This document shows positions 58,612-64,000 of a DNA stretch of 64,000 nucleotides, piece after piece. A program made the translations under genes and the position numbers. This DNA is from an uncultured Chloroflexia bacterium (GTDB lineage Bacteria; Chloroflexota; Anaerolineae; Anaerolineales; Anaerolineaceae): positions 466,977 to 530,976 of the forward strand of contig CAWDSH010000001.1 in NCBI GenBank assembly GCA_963804865.1. The letters run 5' to 3'. The notes beneath the pieces are model-generated. The model was not told the DNA's origin. It made no database searches and saw only the letters and a list, made by a program, of their open reading frames with translations. Positions within the stretch are counted from its first letter, which is position 1. Each line of letters begins with the position of its first letter.

Positions 58612-60224
58612 TAGGTGAATACAAAATCCTCAATTCGAACCGGTTGAGACAATCCATAGAAGATCTGATAATCACCAATTATCGCTTCATCCCAATCGAT
58701 TTTTAATTCATTCATTTTCTGCCTGAGTAGTTTATCCAAATCAGGTGTATTCGTTGTGATTAAAGCCATTCTACTATTGGCTGCTACAAGTTCTGAATAA
58801 GGTGCGTATCGATTATCTCGGGATGTATAACGCAAATCTTGGTGATAGGGCAATAGTGGCACAAAAATCACTTCTTCATTGGATTGAAAGGCAAGAGGAT
58901 AGCTTACCCAATAATTTGTTATTCCACGAATTTCCCCATTTTCTTTTAAGAATTCAATCAGTTTCTCATCATAGCTGTGATCTATGACGGTTGTCTGATC
59001 GAATTGTGTACTGATTCCCGGGGGATTGCGAAACGCGCATTCAAGCGTACCCCATGCATTGAAACCCAACACTCCAGCGAGGATCAGCAATTTCCATTTC
59101 ATCGCCCAATTAGCCCTATATAACATCCCCCCAGCAAAAACGGTAAGGATTATCTGAATGGGTAAAAAATATCTTCCAGAAGGATCAGCTCCAAATGACG
59201 TAAATAAAAATCCTATCATTAGGACCAGGATCACTCCGAATAAAAGAAGGATTTTTATCCAGTTTTTGGTTTTCTTCCGGATAGCAAAGTATCCAAAGAA
59301 TACAGACGCTGACCAAAATATCAATGCCAGGGGAATCAAAGGAACTCCAAGCCATTTAACAGCCCACGGTGGACGCATGCCAAATATTACCGGTACTCCT
59401 AAAATCAATAAGTTGATCAAATGATTGATGATCCTGCTTCCCAACTCAGATGTTTCGACTGCAACCGCAGATCCGGTCAGCTCACTAATTAATAGAGCGG
59501 GAGAAATATTAATGGCATAGAATCCCCAAGGAGCTGCTCCAAGAAGCATCCCAAGTGTAATAAGAAAAACTGTGACAAGAATCAAATCCCTTTTCTTGCT
59601 GACAGTTAATTTCCATAGGACGTAAATCGCGCATGGAAATGCGTATATAAGAGTCAATCCATTTGCCCATAATCCCATGCCGATGAATAATCCCAATAAA
59701 AATGAGAACAAATATCTTTTCTTGTTTCCTGCTTCAGGCTTGTTGATGCCTTCGACAAGAGTAAATCCTAAGAGCAGAATCAGGTTTCCAATTAATAATG
59801 CTTCCCCGTATCCACCGAGACTCACCGTTGTGTAGAGCGTCATATTCACTGTAGGAATAGCCAGGAGCGCGACAGCAAATAATCCTGGTATTGCTGAGTC
59901 AAAAATCTTTTCTGCAATCCGGTAAGTTGTAAAACTGATTGCGCAATAAAGAATAATTTGAACCAATCGGATGACCCAGATTTTCTGCCCAATAATTGAG
60001 AAACCTAAAGCCACCAGATATGCATCCAGGCTCCCCATGTAAGCCTGCCCATAAAAGAATATTGGCCTTTCACCAAAGAGGATATGGCGCGCCATTAAGC
60101 CTACAATAGCTTCATCTGAGTTGAAGGGAAACGCATCTAATAGTATTAGGATTAATTTCCAGAATAGTGCAAATACCAGTATCGCAATAAAATAATATAA
60201 AGGTTTCGGTTTGTTGAATTTCAT
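58602..60224 (-). CDS. GT39/GT83-like (PMT_2 family) membrane glycosyltransferase
   Basis: AFPFNSDEAIVGLMARHIL..FFYGQAYMGSLDAYL first-loop motif, about 12 TM helices and a C-terminal soluble domain. Confidence 0.6.
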   Translation of the reverse strand: MKFNKPKPLYYFIAILVFALFWKLILILLDAFPFNSDEAIVGLMARHILFGERPIFFYGQAYMGSLDAYLVALGFSIIGQKIWVIRLVQIILYCAISFTTYRIAEKIFDSAIPGLFAVALLAIPTVNMTLYTTVSLGGYGEALLIGNLILLLGFTLVEGINKPEAGNKKRYLFSFLLGLFIGMGLWANGLTLIYAFPCAIYVLWKLTVSKKRDLILVTVFLITLGMLLGAAPWGFYAINISPALLISELTGSAVAVETSELGSRIINHLINLLILGVPVIFGMRPPWAVKWLGVPLIPLALIFWSASVFFGYFAIRKKTKNWIKILLLFGVILVLMIGFLFTSFGADPSGRYFLPIQIILTVFAGGMLYRANWAMKWKLLILAGVLGFNAWGTLECAFRNPPGISTQFDQTTVIDHSYDEKLIEFLKENGEIRGITNYWVSYPLAFQSNEEVIFVPLLPYHQDLRYTSRDNRYAPYSELVAANSRMALITTNTPDLDKLLRQKMNELKIDWDEAIIGDYQIFYGLSQPVRIEDFVFTYQP

Positions 60225-60315
60225 AGATTACTCAAATTCTACATCAGCTTGAATAATCCAATTTGATTTGAAATCTAGTCTTTAAAAAAAGCTGTAGAAT
60301 AAACTCAGAAAAGAA

Positions 60316-61641
60316 ATGAGCATAATACAACCTCATTTTTCCAAGGTGGAAATATTATCCTGGGTGTATGTTTCTCTTTTTATCACCCTTGCTTCAATAT
60401 TATATTTTTGGGATTTATTAGCGGTTCCATTCCATCCTGATGAAAGCACTCAGATCTACATGAGTTCGGATATTGAGCTTATTTTCAAGGAACCCAAGTC
60501 ATTTTTCTTTAGCCAAACACCCTCAAATCCAATTCGCCAATCTTATCGTCTATTGGATGCCCCACTAACCCGCTACCTGATTGGGATTGCCAGAAATTTG
60601 TCTGATATCCCACCATTGAAGTCTGATTGGGATTGGTCAAAAACATGGGATCAAAATATCGATGCAGATGCTTTTCCAAGCGATAGTCAACTTTTGGTTA
60701 GTAGGCTTTCCACTGCAATTTTCTTTCCTTTTTCTTTGTTTTTTCTATTTAAACTTGGCAAGCAGATAACTTCTCACTTGTTAGGTTGGTTATTTATGGC
60801 TTTTTACACAATAAATCCATTGATCTTATTACACACTAGAAGAGCCATGTCAGAAGGACCATTGGTATTTTTTATAATCTTGTTTCTATGGATAATAATT
60901 AAAAATCAGAAAAATTGGCCGCTTGCTGCAATTGTTATAGCGCTCGCCATAAATACTAAGTATTCTGCAGCTCCCCTTGCATTTGTTGTATTACTCATAT
61001 TGCTATTTAAAATCATTAGGAAAACTGATAACTGGAGGAATATTCTAACCATATCAATAGGTTCCATGACAATTGTCATTTTTGTCACTTTTTTGCTTAA
61101 TCCTATCCTTTGGTCCAATCCCTTGAGATCTATTAATACCGCGATAATTGCGAGGAGTAATCTAATAACAAATCAAGTGGAAGATTTACATAAAGTAGCC
61201 CCAGAACGAGTACTTGATTCATATGGTGACCGGTCTCTCTCAGTCATCGGTAATTTATATTTTTCTCCCCTCGCCTTTTACGATTACGGAAATTACTCTC
61301 TACGAACCAAGCAAAGTGAAATATCGTATCTAGCAAATCCTTTGAACGGTTCCTTTAGAAATAAAACTGGTGGGATATTGTTATTTTTCTTTACGCTTTT
61401 GGGTCTCGGATTGTCCCTGTTTGAGATAAAAAAATACCGAGATGATCATCCAAATGCTTGGTTGATAATATTACTTGGTTTCTTATGTGAATTAGCTTTC
61501 TTCCTGGTCTCAGTTCCTTTACCATATCAAAGATATATCATTCCATTGCTCCCCTTTGTTATTTTATGGGAAGCAGCTGGGATTTATTCCTTACTACGAT
61601 TAATGCGTAAGAGGGTATTAAAAACAGAAAAACCGGGCTGA
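60316..61641 (+). CDS. Polytopic membrane protein, GT-C-like putative glycosyltransferase
   Basis: Multi-TM with a first-loop acidic motif FHPDESTQIYMSSD. Confidence 0.45.
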   Translation: MSIIQPHFSKVEILSWVYVSLFITLASILYFWDLLAVPFHPDESTQIYMSSDIELIFKEPKSFFFSQTPSNPIRQSYRLLDAPLTRYLIGIARNLSDIPPLKSDWDWSKTWDQNIDADAFPSDSQLLVSRLSTAIFFPFSLFFLFKLGKQITSHLLGWLFMAFYTINPLILLHTRRAMSEGPLVFFIILFLWIIIKNQKNWPLAAIVIALAINTKYSAAPLAFVVLLILLFKIIRKTDNWRNILTISIGSMTIVIFVTFLLNPILWSNPLRSINTAIIARSNLITNQVEDLHKVAPERVLDSYGDRSLSVIGNLYFSPLAFYDYGNYSLRTKQSEISYLANPLNGSFRNKTGGILLFFFTLLGLGLSLFEIKKYRDDHPNAWLIILLGFLCELAFFLVSVPLPYQRYIIPLLPFVILWEAAGIYSLLRLMRKRVLKTEKPG

Positions 61642-61657
61642 TCAATTTAGCCCGGTT
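61621..61657 (-). terminator. Rho-independent terminator of the GNAT-like gene (overlaps the 3' end of the convergent gene)
   Basis: On the minus strand, aaccgggct-aaattgatc-agcccggtt is followed by tttctgtttt. Confidence 0.5.
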
Positions 61658-61675
61658 CTTAATCTCAATAATTAG

Positions 61676-62824
61676 CTAAACATCTCGGTGGAAAATTCTA
61701 TGGTTCTTGTACTCGATTCCACCTAAAGTTTTCAGATCTTTACGCATTTGCACAGCTGTCTCAGCGACTTGAGTCAATTCGCCATGCTCAAAATGCCCAG
61801 CTTTAATGCTCTTTTCCATTTCGGCATACATAAGGGCATTACCACCTCTTCCCTGGAATTCAGGTAGGACGCCTGCACCATTGAGAGAGATCCAATTTGT
61901 ACGTTTTATCTCATTCATAATATCCATTATTCCCCAGGGTTTCCAAAGAGATACATCCCCTTTTTGTCTTTGAAGCGCCTTGGTGATATCAGGAAACCCA
62001 AGTAAGAAACCCACAACTTCATCATGATGAGTGATTAATTTGATCAAAGATGGAACAGCAACCAATAAAAGACCATCCAAGGCAAGTTTAATTTCCCCTT
62101 CAGTAAAAGGATAATATTCCCAGTTATTTACAAATGTTTTATTGTAAGCCTGTCCAATTCTTTGAGCCCATTCTTTCAATTCTTTCTTAGAGGAAAAATT
62201 CTTGATTTTAAGAGATCCTCTTTCTTCGACCTTGCGTGCTACCTCCCTTACTTTTTCAGGAATGTTGAAATGCTCTTTGGCGAGGTAGCAGGATACAAAA
62301 TCAACTTCTTTTTTAAAACCTTGTGCTTCCATTAATCTTGGGTAATATGGAAAGTTGTAATTCATCATCGTCATCATTTGATGTTGATCGTATCCTTCAA
62401 CCAGAATGCCGTAACCATCAAATGGACTGAATCCCTTCGGACCCACGTAATGATCCAGATTCCTTTTCTTTGCCCAATCGGATGCTCTTTCAAAAACCGC
62501 GTTCGCAGCTTCCTGGTCATCGACAGAATCAAACAGATAGAATTGAGCCTTCTTTACTTTATGATAATCATTGAACGCCCGATTCTCCATGATTGCCAGG
62601 CGTGCTACGACCTCGTTCCCCTTTTTGGCTAGGATAAAATCAGCGTCATTACGTTCATAAAACGGGTGTTTGTTTTTATTTAGCATCAACCGGATATCGC
62701 TGTAAAAAGGCGGAACCCATTGCGGCGTACCTTCATACAGCCTGTAATGAAAATCTACGAATTCCTTGACTTGCGCCTTATTTTGAGTGTCGATGATTTC
62801 TGTCTGGATCATTTTATTCTCCAT
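61676..62824 (-). CDS. GNAT-fold acyl-CoA N-acyltransferase-like protein (382 aa)
   Basis: GNAT motif-A-like VLPEFQGRGGNALMYAEM near the C-terminus. The substrate is unknown. Confidence 0.5.
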   Translation of the reverse strand: MENKMIQTEIIDTQNKAQVKEFVDFHYRLYEGTPQWVPPFYSDIRLMLNKNKHPFYERNDADFILAKKGNEVVARLAIMENRAFNDYHKVKKAQFYLFDSVDDQEAANAVFERASDWAKKRNLDHYVGPKGFSPFDGYGILVEGYDQHQMMTMMNYNFPYYPRLMEAQGFKKEVDFVSCYLAKEHFNIPEKVREVARKVEERGSLKIKNFSSKKELKEWAQRIGQAYNKTFVNNWEYYPFTEGEIKLALDGLLLVAVPSLIKLITHHDEVVGFLLGFPDITKALQRQKGDVSLWKPWGIMDIMNEIKRTNWISLNGAGVLPEFQGRGGNALMYAEMEKSIKAGHFEHGELTQVAETAVQMRKDLKTLGGIEYKNHRIFHRDV

Positions 62825-62916
62825 AAAGCCAGGATTTTATAAATCTTTTCATAATGAATAATTATTGCACGATTCATTAGTAAAAGCGTTAAAATAATAA
62901 TGAAATTGGAGAACCC

Positions 62917-63951
62917 ATGTCTATACTTCGAAAAGAGATTTTGCAGCAACCAGATATTGTTAAGAGTTTGCTCAAATTAGAAACTAATCATATTGATTCT
63001 ATTTGCACAACACTTAGAAATAGATTCCGATACGTTGTCATCGCTGCACGTGGAACTTCGGATAACGCCGCCAGGTATGCACAGTATCTCTTTGGAGCTC
63101 AAAACCATATTCAGGTAGCATTAGCGACACCATCTCTTTTCTCGATTTATAAATCTCCACCTGACCTTACGGATGCATTGGTAATTGGGATTTCACAATC
63201 AGGTCAATCCCCAGATATTATCGCTGTTTTATCAGAAGCAAAAAGAAAGGGATGTCCAACTCTGGCTATCACCAATTCGGTGAATTCGCCTCTATCAAAA
63301 CAAGCGGAATTCGTTATTTCAGTTCATACCGGTATCGAAAAAGCTGTCGCAGCAACAAAGACATACACAGCCTCACTTGCAGCTCTGGCAATTTTTTCTA
63401 AATGCCTTCAACAAGATTTGCAAGGGCTTAAACGCATTGAATTACTTCCATCAATAATGACAGAAACGTTAAATGCTTCATTGGAGAAACTGGATCATGT
63501 TGAACGGTATCGTTATATTGAATACTGTGCAGTCCTTGGTCGTGGATATAACTATGCAACAGCTTTCGAAATAGCCTTAAAAATCAAAGAGTTGACTAGA
63601 GTAGTAGCGGAGCCATATTCTTCAGCTGACTTTCGCCATGGCCCTATTGCTACTGCTCAACCAGGATTCCCAATCATTATCATTTCTCCTAAAGGAGAAA
63701 TTTCAGCTGACATGCATGATCTCATAAAGAATCTGGATTGCCGAGGTGCAGAGATTATCCTGATTTCAAATCAGATTACCAAAACGCATACTTCTAAACT
63801 CTCTTTTCAAATCCCAATAAGGGTTGATGAATGGTTGTCTCCATTAGTAGCTGTCCTCCCAGGGCAATTATTTGCCATGCAGCTGGCAAAAGAGAAAAAC
63901 CTGGAAATTGATAACCCCGTAGGTTTAACAAAAATAACAAATACTCTTTAA
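62917..63951 (+). CDS. Double-SIS-domain sugar-phosphate isomerase/deglycase (GlmS-C/AgaS/FrlB-like)
   Basis: IAARGTSDNAARYAQY, GISQSGQSPD.. and a second SIS repeat with LGRGYNYATAFEIALKIKE. There is no glutaminase domain. Confidence 0.8.
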   Translation: MSILRKEILQQPDIVKSLLKLETNHIDSICTTLRNRFRYVVIAARGTSDNAARYAQYLFGAQNHIQVALATPSLFSIYKSPPDLTDALVIGISQSGQSPDIIAVLSEAKRKGCPTLAITNSVNSPLSKQAEFVISVHTGIEKAVAATKTYTASLAALAIFSKCLQQDLQGLKRIELLPSIMTETLNASLEKLDHVERYRYIEYCAVLGRGYNYATAFEIALKIKELTRVVAEPYSSADFRHGPIATAQPGFPIIIISPKGEISADMHDLIKNLDCRGAEIILISNQITKTHTSKLSFQIPIRVDEWLSPLVAVLPGQLFAMQLAKEKNLEIDNPVGLTKITNTL

Positions 63952-63979
63952 CTGTATTGGTACAATTTTAAAAGGAGTC

Positions 63980-64000
63980 ATGCATGGAAAAATTCATAAT
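63980..64000 (+). CDS. Start of an unidentified gene, truncated by the window end
   Basis: ATG preceded by an AAAGGAG Shine-Dalgarno sequence. Only 7 codons are visible. Confidence 0.3.

Noticed and set aside
150-63000. Numerous 60-140-aa ORFs antisense to, or out of frame within, strongly supported genes. Examples are 150..362, 1983..2231, 3405..3692, 4167..4535, 7601..7921, 20880..21302, 38029..38400, 38841..39200, 54551..54877 and 56083..56334.
   Set aside because: Each lies entirely inside a longer ORF with clear family motifs. Their translations are low-complexity or Ser/Arg/Leu-rich mirror products, and none has independent start or Shine-Dalgarno support.
1-64000. A search for mobile elements, prophage, defence islands, toxin-antitoxin pairs and CRISPR arrays.
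   Set aside because: I found no transposase, integrase, recombinase or phage structural motifs, and no inverted-repeat-bounded segment. The single tRNA (38585..38666) has no flanking integrase or direct repeat that I could see.

Overview
Chromosomal window from a bacterium. The gene content (Thr/Pro-rich surface proteins, C25 proteases, many GT-C membrane glycosyltransferases) suggests Chloroflexota/Anaerolineae, but that is inference only. I found no transposase, integrase, prophage or CRISPR array. The layout runs as follows. (1) 1-8.1 kb holds a disrupted GH38 mannosidase, typA and a phnD-phnC-phnE phosphonate ABC transporter. (2) 8.2-18.1 kb is a minus-strand surface-protein operon with two gingipain-like C25 peptidase paralogs (one fragmented), a beta-helix protein and a Thr-rich anchored protein. 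Interleaved with these are an S26-type peptidase, a PqqD/RRE-like protein, a membrane-spanning HPr-kinase-like protein and an untracked 57-aa ORF with a YxxP leader-like motif. (3) 18.2-27.9 kb is a divergent, translationally coupled EPS operon: BY-kinase, GT2, PF14907-like nucleotidyltransferase, phosphoglycosyl transferase, an amino-sugar pathway and an LCP ligase. (4) 27.9-51.9 kb is housekeeping: glpK, rplY, trmI, mnmA, cysteine desulfurase, PGM, tatD, tRNA-Leu, plsX, rluB, scpB, UXS, rsmD, aldolase and a PPi-type PFK. (5) 52-61.6 kb is an array of six GT-C-like polytopic glycosyltransferases. The main lead is block 2 together with the nucleotidyltransferase from block 3. This resembles the accessory and tailoring genes of phosphorylated lasso peptides (RRE, kinase, nucleotidyltransferase, candidate precursor) but has no cyclase or B2 protease, and it sits inside a cell-surface/EPS locus. 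About 15 genes, including core housekeeping genes, carry frame disruptions. Assembly indels are therefore likely, and every pseudogene call here is provisional.
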